64,000 nucleotides of DNA, taken from contig OX597834.1 in the NCBI GenBank assembly GCA_951406725.2, forward strand, positions 9,672,001-9,736,000, in the 5' to 3' direction. The position numbers were made by a program, and so were the translations under genes. The notes beneath the pieces were generated by a model that saw nothing but the letters and a program-made list of their open reading frames with translations, searched no databases and had not been told where the DNA came from. Within the stretch, counting starts at the first letter, position 1. Each line of letters begins with the position of its first letter. This DNA comes from Octopus vulgaris. Taxonomy: Eukaryota. Below are positions 13,025-27,058 of the stretch, piece by piece.

Positions 13025-13518
13025 TGAAGCGAAATGAATGAAAAAATTAAATGACTGCAGTTAATAACTTGACATGCTGATAATTAAGTTATTGATAAGG
13101 TTTCAAAAGGAAACCATATTTTCTAAATTGAATAAGAATGTCGTATCAACTAACATCTCTTTAAAAATACACGAAAAAATGAAAGAGAGAATCCCTGTAG
13201 GTTTAATAAAATGATTCATATCAAATACAAAATAAAATGAGAATAATAATAATGCCAATAATACTAAATACTACTACTAATAATAATAATCATAATAGGA
13301 ACAATATTCACAATGATAAAACTTGAAATATTAAAGAACTTAAACCTGAAAAAAAAACGCAACCGGAACGTCTTAAAAATTAATCTTATTTAAAATTGAA
13401 AAATTCTTTCAGAGAGTTGAGTCAAATGAACAAATAACGGAAAGAAATATATTTAAGAATGATTATTATATGAAGTTTTTTTTTGTACTGCATCTTTCCA
13501 AATCACCCTGTAAACAAT

Positions 13519-13557
<39 letters not shown>

Positions 13558-13559
13558 GC

Positions 13560-13603
<44 letters not shown>

Positions 13604-13630
13604 ATATATGTGTGTGTATATGTGTGTGTG

Positions 13631-13679
<49 letters not shown>

Positions 13680-13898
13680 GTGTGTGTATATATATATGTG
13701 TGTGTGTGTGTATATATGTGTGTGTATATATGTGTGTGTGTATATGTGTGTGTGTGTGTATATATGTGTGTGTGTGTATATGTGTGTGTGTGTATATATA
13801 TGTGTGTGTGTGTATATATATGTGTGTGTGTGTGTATATATATGTGTGTGTGTGTATATATGTGTGTGTGTGTATATATGTGTTTGTGTGTATATATA

Positions 13899-13937
<39 letters not shown>

Positions 13938-14002
13938 ATATATGTGTGTGTATATATATATATGTGTGTATATGTGTGTGTGTGTATATATGTGTGTGTG
14001 TG

Positions 14003-14065
<63 letters not shown>

Positions 14066-14250
14066 GTGTGTGTGTGTATATATATGTGTGTGTGTGTGTA
14101 TATATATGTGTGTGTGTGTGTATATATATGTGTGTGTGTGTGTATATATATGTGTGTGTGTGTATATATATGTGTGTGTGTGTGTATATATATATGTGTG
14201 TGTGTATATATATATATATGTGTGTGTGTATATATATATATATGTGTGTG

Positions 14251-14283
<33 letters not shown>

Positions 14284-14406
14284 ATATATATGTGTGTGTG
14301 TGTATATATATATGTGTGTGTGTGTATATATGTGTGTGTGTATATATATATGTGTGTGTGTATATATATATATGTGTGTGTGTATATATATATATGTGTG
14401 TGTGTG

Positions 14407-14489
<83 letters not shown>

Positions 14490-14634
14490 GTGTGTGTGTA
14501 TATGTATATATATGTGTGTGTGTATATATATATATATGTGTGTGTGTGTATATATATATGTGTGTGTGTATATGTATATATATATGTGTGTATATATATG
14601 TGGGTGTGTGTTTGTTTGTATATATATATATATG
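13519..14634. repeat. 1.1-kb alternating (TG)n/(TA)n microsatellite
   Basis: Directly visible. Confidence 0.97.
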
Positions 14635-15428
14635 TAGTTCATATATTGATATTAAGAGCCAACACACCGAGTACCTGATAGAAGATAAATTTAATCGAGT
14701 TAAGTCAAATTTTTTTAAGCTTTTTCTATGGAATATAAACAAATGCGATTATATCTTGTTTCTTCTCTTTGTATGCAGAAAAATATAGTGATTACCATAA
14801 ACTGTTCCATAGGTTCTTATTCATTTTTTGAGATGTTCTCTGCCAGTAATCCATCTGTCCATGAACTAATAATTTGTCGATAGTTTCTGAAATTCAACCT
14901 AAACGTCAACTTACGTGTTTTGTCCAAACTAATGCATATATCTTACATTCATAGAAATTGATATCATTTTATCTCTAGATTAGCTTTGTATCTTTGCCTT
15001 AGTATCTAAGATTCATTTGAAGAAAATGACCGATTGTGGCGTGTCTCAGCACATATATCAATACGTCTTATAATTGCTTGGAAAAGTATAAAATAGATAG
15101 TACTGATGGCTTTCATAGTTAGTTGGTTTCTACTCCGAGGATTAGAAATGCTCAACCTTCTGTCATGCCTAACTGAAAAGAGCAGAATAATTTACATATT
15201 ATGCATTTGAGACCGCTCTTGACAGAAAATAGTTGATACTTTACACAGAATGTTCTATATATACTCATACGCTATGTTTTTGTAAATAGAATATTGCGTT
15301 TTGTTAACCGTTTACTAGTGTAATAGTTTTCCTAGGACTGTCTTGACTAAACGGAGCCTAACATCAAATGTAAGCAAGCAGTGATCATCCATTTTTGATT
15401 TCAGTTATCAGGTTATTCATCAATTATG

Positions 15429-15476
<48 letters not shown>

Positions 15477-15478
<2 letters not shown>

Positions 15479-15667
15479 CGCAAGAATGGCTGAGTGGTAA
15501 GTAGCTTGCTTACCAATCACATGGTTCCGGGTTCAGTCCCACTGTGTGGCATCTTGGGCAAGTGTCTTCTGCTATAGCCCCGGGCCGACCAATGCCTTGT
15601 GAGTGGATTTGGTAGACGGAAACTGAAAGAAGCCTGTCGTATATATGTAGATATATATATGTGTGTG

Positions 15668-15698
<31 letters not shown>

Positions 15699-15883
15699 TT
15701 GTCCCCCTAGCATTGCTTGATGCTGGTGTGTTTACGTCCCCGTCACTTAGCGGTTCGGCAAAAGAGACCGATAGAATAAGTACTGGGCTTACAAAGAATA
15801 CGTCCTGGGGTCGATTTGCTCGACTAAAGGCGGTGCTCCAGCATGGCCGCAGTCAAATGACTGAAACAAGTAAAAGAGTAAAT
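15477..15883 (+). mobile_element. SINE-A, full length
   Basis: Near-identical to 7358-7772; inserted after (TA)n. Confidence 0.92.
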
Positions 15884-17114
15884 ATGAGGATTTTATCCAA
15901 TGCCCTTTATAACTTTGTAAGGTCCAATGTGAAACAGCTTTAGCTGTTATTTCTAGCTATTTAGTGACCATGTTGAGGTTCCATGGCGCAACTCTTTTAT
16001 TTCTGTAAAACTGTTATCTTATATGAGTAGATAAATAAACATGTCTACGTTTGTCATGTATAGCTATGTAAATTTTATAACGTAGCTGTAATGTGTAAAC
16101 ACATCTACGTGTGTAATTTTGATATAACTTAGTTCTCTCGAAGCTATATATACATATGCATAGTAACAATATATTTACAAATGTGATATTGAGTCCTGTT
16201 TTTCGGTTATATACAATAAACAATGTGGTGATTAGTTCAAAGTATGAAATGAATCGTTGCGTCGCCTATAAGACGGCTATTAAATTACATAGACGTTGTA
16301 TGTTGTTGAGCTTCTCCATGTTAAAAGGATTTTTCGGTTGTAGTTGACTGCATATAAAGTTGTTTAATCACATTCATAAAAGATTCGTAAACATCACAAA
16401 TAATTTTAACTAAATTATAAGTCATACAACAAATAACTAAATAAAACCATTGCAACAACATAATAATGTAATATACTATTCGTTTTAGAAAAATATCTTT
16501 GCTTCCATTTTTTTGCTTCGATTAATTTACGAAACACACATTCGGAAGTTTACTGATGCAGTACACATAAACGGGTTTCGCTTTGTTGAATTTGAAGCAA
16601 GCTACTCTTGGCAAATTATATCTTGCAGAGTTTGTGTTCAGAAACAAATCGTAGATAACACGCTACCGTGTTTCCATAAAATCCTCATCAACAATATTTT
16701 TAAAATAAAGAAAGACTTTTATTGTCATTCGCTAACGTATATCATTCTTTAGAAATGTTGCATTTAGCATTGTGTTTTGCTGTTTTGGATGTGAAACCTT
16801 GTTGACATTCATAAAATTTAGGACGTTATGATAAAACACAAGCACACAAACACACAAATGTGATAGCAATAGAAATCATGTTAAATTATGCATGGGTATG
16901 CGTGTGTACACACAGATACACACACATATACACACATACGTCTTTATATGATGTCTCCAAAAGATGTCGTTTTGTTCAGTTTCTCTCTGAACAATCTCAT
17001 TTTATCTTCCTGTATCTGCATGTTTCCATCTGTTACATCTACATTTTCCTTTCTGTCAGTCCTTTTTTTTTTCTATATTATATTGCCTTCAAATTTTGCC
17101 ACAACGATCATATT

Positions 17115-17290
17115 TTCAGGGGAGTGGCATGTATATTACATCCACCCCAGTGCTCAACTGGTATTTATTTTATCGACTACGAACGGACGAAAGGCAAAAA
17201 TCTCGGCCGACGATAAGCTAAAAGCGTAAAGAAGAACGAAATATCGTTAAACATTTTGAACGAAAGCTAATGAGTTTGCCATTGCGATGG
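17115..17290 (-). mobile_element. SINE-B, degraded
   Basis: ccccagtgctcaactggtatttattttatcgac...gaaaggcaaa matches the SINE-B core. Confidence 0.6.
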
Positions 17291-17777
17291 CTCTCTGTAT
17301 ACCATATTAATATTATGGAAAGCATTAATTCGATAGTTGGTAATGAATGTCTTCAGCTGATTAGAAATGAAAGGATTCCATCACTGCTTTTTGCACTGAT
17401 TTATTGTGTTTAATGTGTGGCTGCAGATGCCATGTCTTTTCGAGTTACGTGGAAACCAGTCGAGTTTAGTTGGATTTGAACCGAGTAAACGAAATACAAT
17501 TTTCTCTATGTTTGCGATTAAAACACTCAGCAGAAAATTCATATTCTTCCACCTTATTTTGTTTCCTCTCTCATCAGGTACCTCACCGTTGTTGCATGCA
17601 ATATTGTTACCAGTCAACCGTGTATCGTCTATTCATCCGAACTGTAAAAGACGGATAATTATATTGGTTGCTATCATCTGCTCGCTTGTCAATGATGTAG
17701 TTAGAACATCGATGATCTTCTGTGGATTTCGCGAGCGGAAATTTCTTCAGTAATAGGGGTTGATTGGTTTGCTAAGA

Positions 17778-17929
17778 CTACGTCCCCATAAGTTAGCAGT
17801 GTGGATAAAGACCCGATAGAATAATTACCAAGGTATAAAGGAAATAACTACTAGGATTAATACATTCGACTAAAATGGCGCCCTAGCATGGCTGCAGGCC
17901 AATGACTGAAAGAAGGGACAGATAAAAGT
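17778..17929 (+). mobile_element. SINE-A 3' half, old
   Basis: acgtcccc...ccgatagaata...cgactaaa...ctagcatggctgcagg...atgactgaaa. Confidence 0.65.
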
Positions 17930-17935
17930 TATATA

Positions 17936-18365
17936 GGCGCAGAAGTGGCAATGTAGGCGTGAAGCTTGTTCCCAACCTCATGGTTCCTGGTTCAGTTCCA
18001 CTGCGTGGCCCCTTCCGCGACTGTCATCTCTACAGCCTCGAGCCAACCAAAGCTTTGTGAGGGAAATTGGTAGACGGAAACTGAAAGAAGCCCGTCTTAT
18101 ATACATGCATATGTGTGTGCGTGTGTGTGTGTATGCGAGCGTTTATGTGTATTTGTGCATCTGTGTTTGTGCCCCCTCCCCACCATCGATTGACTAAAGA
18201 TATTGGTGTGTTTACGTTTCGTAAATTAGCGGTTCGGCAAAGGAGACCGATAGAATAAGTACTTGGCCTACAAAGAATAAGTCCTGGGGTTGATCTCTTC
18301 GACTAAAAGCGGTGCTCCAGCACGGCCGCAGTCAAATTGCTGAAACAAGTAAACGAATAAGAGTA
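17936..18365 (+). mobile_element. SINE-A, full length, diverged
   Basis: Colinear with 7358-7772; directly behind the previous SINE-A tail. Confidence 0.88.
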
Positions 18366-18374
18366 CATACCAAC

Positions 18375-18413
<39 letters not shown>

Positions 18414-18452
18414 TATATATACATACACACACACACACACACATATATACAT

Positions 18453-18518
<66 letters not shown>

Positions 18519-18529
18519 GCATACACATG

Positions 18530-18569
<40 letters not shown>

Positions 18570-19031
18570 CATATACATATACACGTACATGTATATTTAA
18601 TCATTTGTGAGATTATGGTAATTCACTTATTCCTAAATGACTTATTTTCTTATCAGCCTTCAGATTTCAATCTAGTTTTAACGAACTTCTCACGCTACAA
18701 CATCGGATTTGTTGTCTACAATAAAGATACACTAAAGCGGAGGATAACATGTGATGGTCGGGAGCATATTTTTATTTGATTTGTCTGGGGGGTTTTTTTT
18801 GGGGTTTTTTTTTTTTTTAAAGATTTTTGACGTAAAATTAAATCCGGAGGCTAATAAACTTTAAATGTTTGCGGATTGAAAGTATTAGACGATTAACTCA
18901 TTGGCTGTTGCCATCTATAAATAATCAAATGTCGGATAATAATGAAATAGTAAATGTCTCGGCTATAATATTGTTTTATTTATAGTCGGTTCGTGTAAAC
19001 AATGTATTGAGATATTAGGATAGGATAACGT

Positions 19032-19076
<45 letters not shown>

Positions 19077-20109
19077 CTATGGATATACTTGGAGAGAAAT
19101 GTTCCAACAGTTTATTTTTTCTTCTGTTTTAATTCTTTGGGTTTTTTTTTAAACGAGATAACAACGAAAATAAAAGAAATTTTGTTTAAGATGCAATCAT
19201 TAATAAGTATGTTTGGAAATTCTCTGGAAATCTCTGTGAGCATTAATTTCCTATTTTCGCGTAAAAATAGTAATGGTGTCTAAGTGAATTTAAACAGAAT
19301 ATGCATCTTAATCCGTTGTGTTAATTTATTGTTGGCCACGTTCGCAGACCGTGCAAGATAAACGGAAATTCTTTCTTTGCATCACAGTTATATCGGCAGC
19401 TGGCAAGATTCAATAGATATCTGATTAGCAGGTTCTCTTTGGATTTTATAAACAAAGAATGAATGAATACACGGGCTTCTCTTTCTACTTGACAAACATT
19501 CCATGAAAACATCTGCTTCCCCAAGAGAGAAATATACGACGCTGACCAATAATTCGCATTTTTCTTTCTCGTTTCGTAATGCTTTTGATGTTCCACATTC
19601 ATGTTCAGTTAATATGCTTTCCTGATACAAGTTTTTCCCTCCCAACACTCTGATCAGCAAGTAAATTAATACCATTCTTTTCCACTACGATATACCCTAT
19701 CTTTAACTTGGCGTCAGCTAACTCCGTACTACAATGCATTTCCAGCTATACAGCAAACGCTTTCATCAATACTTCTCAGCTGGTTTAGATAATTAAAGCT
19801 ACTTTAACAGCGTCATTCAGAATCCGTTTCAGTGACTTCTGGAATATAGGAATAGTGTGCTGACTTGCATGCCTCAATTCGTTTTGGCTCTTCCTTACTT
19901 TTACTTCAGCATTCTATCTAATTATCTGCTCTCTATGTGCAACAACAATACTCTCTAACCTGGCTGTTGATCAGGGGTTTATATTTATTAAGTTTTCAAT
20001 TTAGCCCTATTGATATTGAAAGCCTATGATATTCAATCTTCGTCCCATTGTTAAATTATCAGAGAAATAATGAATATACTCTGCTGCAGAAGATTATGAT
20101 GATGATCAC

Positions 20110-20148
<39 letters not shown>

Positions 20149-20245
20149 CATTCAGTAGTTTTATTTTTATAACGTGCTTTCACTTCAGTACCGAGCGCAG
20201 CTCTGTATGCCTTGGGAAATGTGCTGTGATTTGTTGTGATGCTCT
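20110..20245 (-). mobile_element. 3' end of a TAA-tailed non-LTR element (possibly R4/Dong-type)
   Basis: Minus strand ...gaaagcacgttataaaaataaaactactgaat followed by (aat)n; clade assignment from recall only. Confidence 0.45.
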
Positions 20246-20814
20246 ATTATTATTATTATTATTATTATTTTGAGTGAGAGAGCAGTGCATGCCATCAAAG
20301 TGACACTGGGGTAAAATATACGAAGCCCAATATACCCATCATGACTACCCGTCTGATAAGGGTACACCAGGCACATGCATCACAACCATATGTGCGCGAC
20401 ATGGTGATCTCATATCAAGATAAACAGCACATGACCTTGCAGGTGGAGCCTAGTTAGAATTTTCCTCAGGTTGAGTAGCCCATCCCGCTCAAAAGGTCCC
20501 TGAATAAGGGTTGTTTAAGGATGTTGAAAGAACCACCCATGTTTCCAGAGGTGAATTATTCAAACCCCAAAGAATCCCTCTCTACACATGGCTATGATGC
20601 TCCCCCACTACTTCTGCTCGTGATCAGAGATGCACATATCGTCAGCCACTGAGGGACATGCTCAACTGGTTATGGTCAAACAACTGACAAGCAAATCTGT
20701 GGTATTGAGCAGAATATTTGCTGTAGCCCATATTTTATACCAAGACAAAACAATGTACATGATAACACTTCCAATCAGTTAAGATCAGAAGCCATGAGAG
20801 CCACTGCCTGGTAC
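20246..20814 (-). mobile_element. ~550-bp TAA-tailed retroposon, second copy of the 4106 family
   Basis: Reverse-complement homology to 4106-4629; (taa)n tail at 20246-20269. Confidence 0.82.
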
Positions 20815-21333
20815 CATAACAGAAATGATAATCATAATAATTGTTACGGATTTATGACAAAAATGTTGAACTAATTAGATAAGCTTATTTAATCGAGCGA
20901 GTTACTTGATTGCTACTTTAATAAATTGTCACCAAAAGGAACAGAGGAAAACAAACCCCATCTGGATATGAACTCAGAACATCAAGGTCCGTAGCTAATT
21001 TAATTACTGTAAAAAAAGGTAATATTTCCCGGGTCTGCCAATGCCACTGACAATCCATAATTCTTTTTAATATCGAAATATAGAGTTTTTTGGTAATATA
21101 CATCAGGATTTACTGGAAGAGTTTTTTTATCAAATATCCAAGAACGAAATTATGATTTGACGTCAATGTCATCCGATTTTAACGGTTTAACCGAGTGTCA
21201 TACATTTCGTCATCATTATTGTAATCATGATTCTCCTCATCTTCAGATTTTTTATTAAATCTTCACCAATATCATCTTCGTCATTCAACACCTTCGCTGT
21301 GCAGCTACCACCATTTTCATTGAAATCATTGTC

Positions 21334-21369
<36 letters not shown>

Positions 21370-21392
21370 ATTTATGTGTGTGTGTGTGTATT

Positions 21393-21427
<35 letters not shown>

Positions 21428-21481
21428 TTATGTATGTATGTGTATGTGCAAAGAGAAAGGTAGATAGATAGATAGGTAAGT

Positions 21482-21526
<45 letters not shown>

Positions 21527-21975
21527 GTGTGTGTGTAGGTAGGTAGATACATAAATACGTACATGGATACATCCATAGGTAGAGAGAGTGATATACTACG
21601 AGACAAGTAGGTAGGTATGAACATACATAGATAGATAGGACACTGAACTTAAGACGCTTTTTTCATTCTCCCTGTATTTTTCTTACTCCTTTCTATCGAA
21701 GAATGGATTTGCGAAACATAAAAGACTGCCATTTTTCGAGTGTTAAGCTAATACACTTGCTTGTTGATCCTACACCTGTCTTCGTCCTTCTATGAATTTG
21801 AACTGTGTGTGTGTGTATATATAGTTGTGGAATAGATCCACGTCTTTCTATCTCAGAGAAATCTGTGAAACCTTTTAAATCTTTAAAACTTTGAAGGAGA
21901 AACCTAATCGAATTCGAAAGCATTATCAAATACTTTTATTTATCTTTCGCTACGTGTGAAATAGAAAATAGATGC

Positions 21976-22042
<67 letters not shown>

Positions 22043-22050
<8 letters not shown>

Positions 22051-22238
22051 CCAAACAAGAAAACACAAAAAAACACAACAACGCGAGGACGTGGAACAAA
22101 TATAGTATTATTGGACGCTCAGGAAAGAAGGGAAGAAGGAGGGTTTAACGTTTCGAGCGGAGCTTTTCGTTCGAAACATAAGAGAAGGGAAGACAGGTAA
22201 AAAATGGCCAACGGTACACACGAGGTCACATTTTGAAA

Positions 22239-22240
<2 letters not shown>
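22043..22240 (-). mobile_element. Penelope-like pLTR fragment, same family as 35355-35555; hammerhead core decayed
   Basis: acaacgcgaggacgtggaacaaatatagtattattggacg is the exact reverse complement of part of the 35355 copy; (TA)n on both sides. Confidence 0.7.
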
Positions 22241-22280
<40 letters not shown>

Positions 22281-23148
22281 GAATGTGTTATAATACTATT
22301 CCACAACTATACCAAGAGTCCAACATTCCTCCATCATCAGCTGCCCGACGGATACCATTATGGTTTCGGCACCTGGCCAGTACCATTCAATCCGGCGGTG
22401 CCAAAAGCACTAAAATAAGTGTTGTTTGGGAACAACCAAGCCAAATAAATCACACCTTTCAACCACATTTACCCAGTATACAACCGCATCGATAAATAAA
22501 TTCCATAATTATATATATATATCTTAATTATGAAATAATGTATTTCACTCATAATTATTATATTATTCGTCAAATTTAATTCAACCCAGTTTGTTTTGTT
22601 TTGGAGAGAATTATATAAAGCTTTTTCACTATTTGACTATAGTAGTAACTATGGAAGACCGGTGGGATTATTATTTGTATGGACTTAAAGATTGGTCGCT
22701 ATTGTGTATATGATTTAGTTATTGCAGTTTTACTATTAATATCGATATAGATGTATGTAGGTTTGTGTGGTATTTGATGTAATTTGGTTTTAAATTTAGT
22801 GTTTAATCCTGCGTATATTTAGATTGGGAGAATGTGGTTATTAAGCATTTACTTTTATATTATACTACGGAAGGAGCTAGGGATTATTTTTTGTATGACT
22901 TAAAGGATTGGTCACTGTTTAGTTACGTAATTAGTAGTTGGTTATAGATTTACTTACTGAATTTATTTACCGATAGTGTTGTGTATAGGGTAAATGTGTT
23001 TGAAAGTTGTGGCTTCTTTGGTATGTTTGTTGACACCGCTGGATTGAATGGTACTGCCTAAGTGTCGAAACTATAATGATATCCATCGGGCAGCTGATGA
23101 TGGTGGTATGACTCTATTTGTTTAAGGGGAATAGCGTTTCACACATCC
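22281..23148. repeat. Diverged inverted repeat (arms 22281-22503 and 22959-23148) around a ~455-bp spacer
   Basis: catcatcagctgcccga vs tcgggcagctgatgatg and agtaccattcaatcc vs ggattgaatggtact. Confidence 0.8.
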
Positions 23149-24472
23149 TTTTGATATATGCACACACGCAATTTATACAAGCACGACCGGATTATTCTTG
23201 CTGATTCATGTTATCTGGATGAAATATCCATTGAACATTAAGTTATGAAGTAGTCTTGCACACACCCGGTGTATAAAATGTATAGCTTTCTGTATTCTGA
23301 CAAATTGCAACCATGCATGCTTATACACACACATATGTGCGCACAGATGTGTGTGTATGTGTATGTCGTTGTGCTTTTGTGTTTATCTATGCAGTCAATT
23401 AGCTGCGCTATGTGCATTTGTATCAATTTTATTGCACATATGCATAGGGGAGATATATCTTTGAAGCGATGACTTTTTCCTTCAAACATGACACTTAAAT
23501 ACCTCAGAGATTGTTTTAAATTTGTCTGCGTTATGATATTCATTTATATACTGCACGGTAGAAGACGTCTTCCACAAGCCTAAACTTAGTGAATTATAAC
23601 GCAAAGTCAAAATTTTTCCCTCGTGGGTTTTGAAATACGATCAGCGAAAATGGTCAATTATTTTAGCGAACATTTTAGTGAATTGGCGCCGCCATGTTTA
23701 ATGCTTAAATTTATTTCAGTTTTTAAATGTAATTCGCTCTCCATTTTAATAATTCATAACCATCTTTACCATTATCGTCTTCGTCGTCGTGGTCACCATA
23801 ACTATCACATTAACATCATCAGCATCATAACAATCATGATTACCATCATCAATATTATGCTCATTATGGTGATTTTGTTTCACCATATGAAGTGGGCAGT
23901 AGAAAAATAGTGTTTTTGCTTTACATATTAACACCAACTTTCTCCTTTTAACACAAGAGGTCGTCATAAATAATAGTCAGAGGGTTAAACCAAACAATTT
24001 ATATTATTTCCTTTGTCTCTAGTCGGTGTAATCTCAAACTCTGCCGAAAACTCTCTGCTTTCACATCATTCTAGTACTCTGATATCCGATAATTATATTC
24101 CTTTCTCCACGCGGCCCAAAATTTTACTTTTCTACTCAAATACAGAGATCCAAGTCGTTATCTTGTTCTTATTTCATTGACTCGCTTGTATGAATGACAA
24201 AGTGAACATCGGCAGATTTTGTACTCGGCATATAAAAATAGACGTGTTCCGTTATTACATATCACAGAATTTTGCGAAAATTTTCTAAATGAGACATTAT
24301 TTCTTTCGTAGGCCTCAATCAAATCTGAAGTAGTGAGGACATTTTGTTTATGAGGTTGCGAATGTTGGCGCAAGGTCAATGACAAACTTAGACGATTGAT
24401 TGAGTGATGGAACGATTACTCAATCACACAATTACTTAATTGATTAAATATTAAGTACATGACTAATTATAT

Positions 24473-24655
24473 TTTCTACTATACGCACAAAACATGAAAT
24501 ACTGTGGGGTGGGACTCAAATGGCATTTATTTTATACACCTCGTTAGGATGAAAGGTAAGCTCAAACTCGACGGAAATGATACTCAAAGCGTAAATGTTG
24601 ACTAAAACCGCTCAGCATTTTGTCCTTCCTACGGACGGTGCTGCCAGAACGCCGT
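24473..24655 (-). mobile_element. SINE-B, highly degraded
   Basis: ggatgaaaggtaag...ctcgacggaaatgatactca...cagcattttgtcc. Confidence 0.5.
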
Positions 24656-24909
24656 TTTTTCCCATAACAACTATTTGTTACATACACAGAAAAATGCATG
24701 CAATATTCTCATCTTTAAACAGAATTATGAGTGGAAAACTGAATCGATGTTTGGGAAACGGCCAACGGGAATATGTAGTAATGAGCGGTTGAGACTCAGT
24801 TGATGTACTGTTACGATAATATTTATCTACATTCGTGGAAAACATCGTGTTACAATAACTCACTTACATATATGCGTATATTTATGGGTAGGGGTCTGTG
24901 TGTGTATTT

Positions 24910-24940
<31 letters not shown>

Positions 24941-24943
24941 AGA

Positions 24944-24977
<34 letters not shown>

Positions 24978-25337
24978 CACACGTTTTTATGTGCTTGTGA
25001 AAGAGAATATGCATATATGACAAGGCAGCGGACGCTTCGCAAATACGAAGCTGCGACTAAAGTATGTGTTAGTTGGAAGGAGCTTTTGTTGGTAGCATAA
25101 ATCCTCAGGATATATCACACTGTGGGATCGAAACCTGCATAACAAGACTGCGAAATAAAATATGTTACCGCAGGGCGATGTCTCTTATATGTGCTTGTTT
25201 CATTCATTAGACTGCGGAGACTGTAGGTCACCGCCTGGAATGGCTTACGAGAACAAATAGAACCAGTTTTCTTGTTATTATTAAAATCTAGTATTTTTAT
25301 CACCCTCAACACAAAGCTGCTAAATGACATGTATATA

Positions 25338-25553
25338 TCGTTTACTACTCTAGGCACAAGGCCCGGAATTTTTGGGGAGGGCACCAGTCGATTAGATCGA
25401 CACCAGTACGTAACTGGTACCTAATTTATCGAACCCGAAAGGATGAAAGGCAAAGTCGACCTCACCGGAATTTGAAATCAGAATGTAACAGCTGACGATA
25501 TACTGCTAATCATTTCGCCCGGCGTGTTAACATTTCTGCCAGCTCGACGCCTT
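25338..25553 (-). mobile_element. SINE-B with alternative 3' tail
   Basis: Head and core match 43143-43370; minus-strand tail is ccccaaaaattccgggccttgtgcctagagtagtaaacg. Confidence 0.85.
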
Positions 25554-26060
25554 AATTGATATGCATATAATACTGGCGTTATTCACTTCCCGTTTACAGT
25601 ATCCACTCACAATGCTTTGCTCGGCCCAGAACTATAAAAGAATACATTTTATTAATCTACCAAGCAGGACTGAACAGGGAAAAATATTGTGTACAAGCAA
25701 AGTACTTACCACGCAGCCACTGCTACGCCTACATATGCATAGTTTTTTTTTATTTTTTATCCTACGCTGCTATTTCTGAGCGATGCATATTGCCGAGCGG
25801 ATAAGTATTCTAGATTACCAGCTGAAAGATTTCATTGATGCAAATTAAGGCACTTTAATGTCAACGGCCTAATCTACTCCACCTAATTGTAGATATATTT
25901 ATCAGTGGGTGGTACGGCAACTGGTGTGAAGAAAACATATACATTATTAATGACTGATTCATTGCCTTTCTTAGTGGAGTTAAGTAGAGTCTGTGTAGGC
26001 TTTAGATTTTGCAAGAGATAAACTACAACTTCCTGATATATTGGTATATAATACTTATAA

Positions 26061-26225
26061 GCGCAGATGTGGCTGTATTAAGAAGCTTGCTTTGCAACTA
26101 GATTTTTTTCGGATTCAGTCCCACCGCATGGTGCATTGGGCAAGTGCGTTCTACTACAGCCTTGAGCCCACCAAAGCCTTGTGGGTGGATTTGGTTGACA
26201 TAAAATAAAATAAGCCCATCGTATA

Positions 26226-26278
<53 letters not shown>

Positions 26279-26446
26279 GCATATATATATGTATATATAT
26301 GTATATGCATATATATATGTATATATATGTATATGCATATATATATGTATATATATGTATATGCATATATATATATGTATATATATGTATATGCATATAT
26401 ATATGTATATGTATATGCATATATATATGTATATGCATATATATAT

Positions 26447-26502
<56 letters not shown>

Positions 26503-27058
26503 GTATATGCATATATATATATATATGTATATGCATATATATATATATGTATATGCATATATATGTATATGTATATGCATATATATATATATGTATATGC
26601 ATATATATGTATATGTATATGCATATATATATGTATATGCATATATATATATATATATGTATATGCATATATATATATATATGTATATGCATATATATAT
26701 ATATATGTATATGCATATATATATATATATATGTATATGCATATATATATATATATATATGTATATGCATATATATATATATATATATGTATATGCATAT
26801 ATATATATATATATATATGTATATAAGCATATATATATATATATAATGTGTGTGTGTGTGTTTGTTTTTCACTACAGCTTGATAACCGAAGGTGGTGCTT
26901 TTACATCATCCGTAACTTAGCCCTCCGACAAAAGGGCCCGATTAAATAAGAATCAGTGCTTGAAAAGAATTACTATGGTCGAATAGTTCCACTAAAATTC
27001 TTCTGGGTAGTGCCCCAACATCACCAGATTCTAATGACTAATACAAATGTGATAACAG
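26061..27058 (+). mobile_element. Old SINE-A whose internal microsatellite has expanded to ~640 bp
   Basis: Head 26061-26221, (tatgca/ta)n array 26222-26860, body and tail 26860-27058. Confidence 0.75.

Noticed and set aside
17406-17753. 115-aa ORF and acceptor-like ctctcatcag at about 17577
   Set aside because: No recognisable protein motif or matching donor; cannot be supported without RNA data
19330-20060. Possible very old R4/Dong-like ORF remnant on the minus strand
   Set aside because: Only faint motif echoes across many frameshifts; needs a profile search
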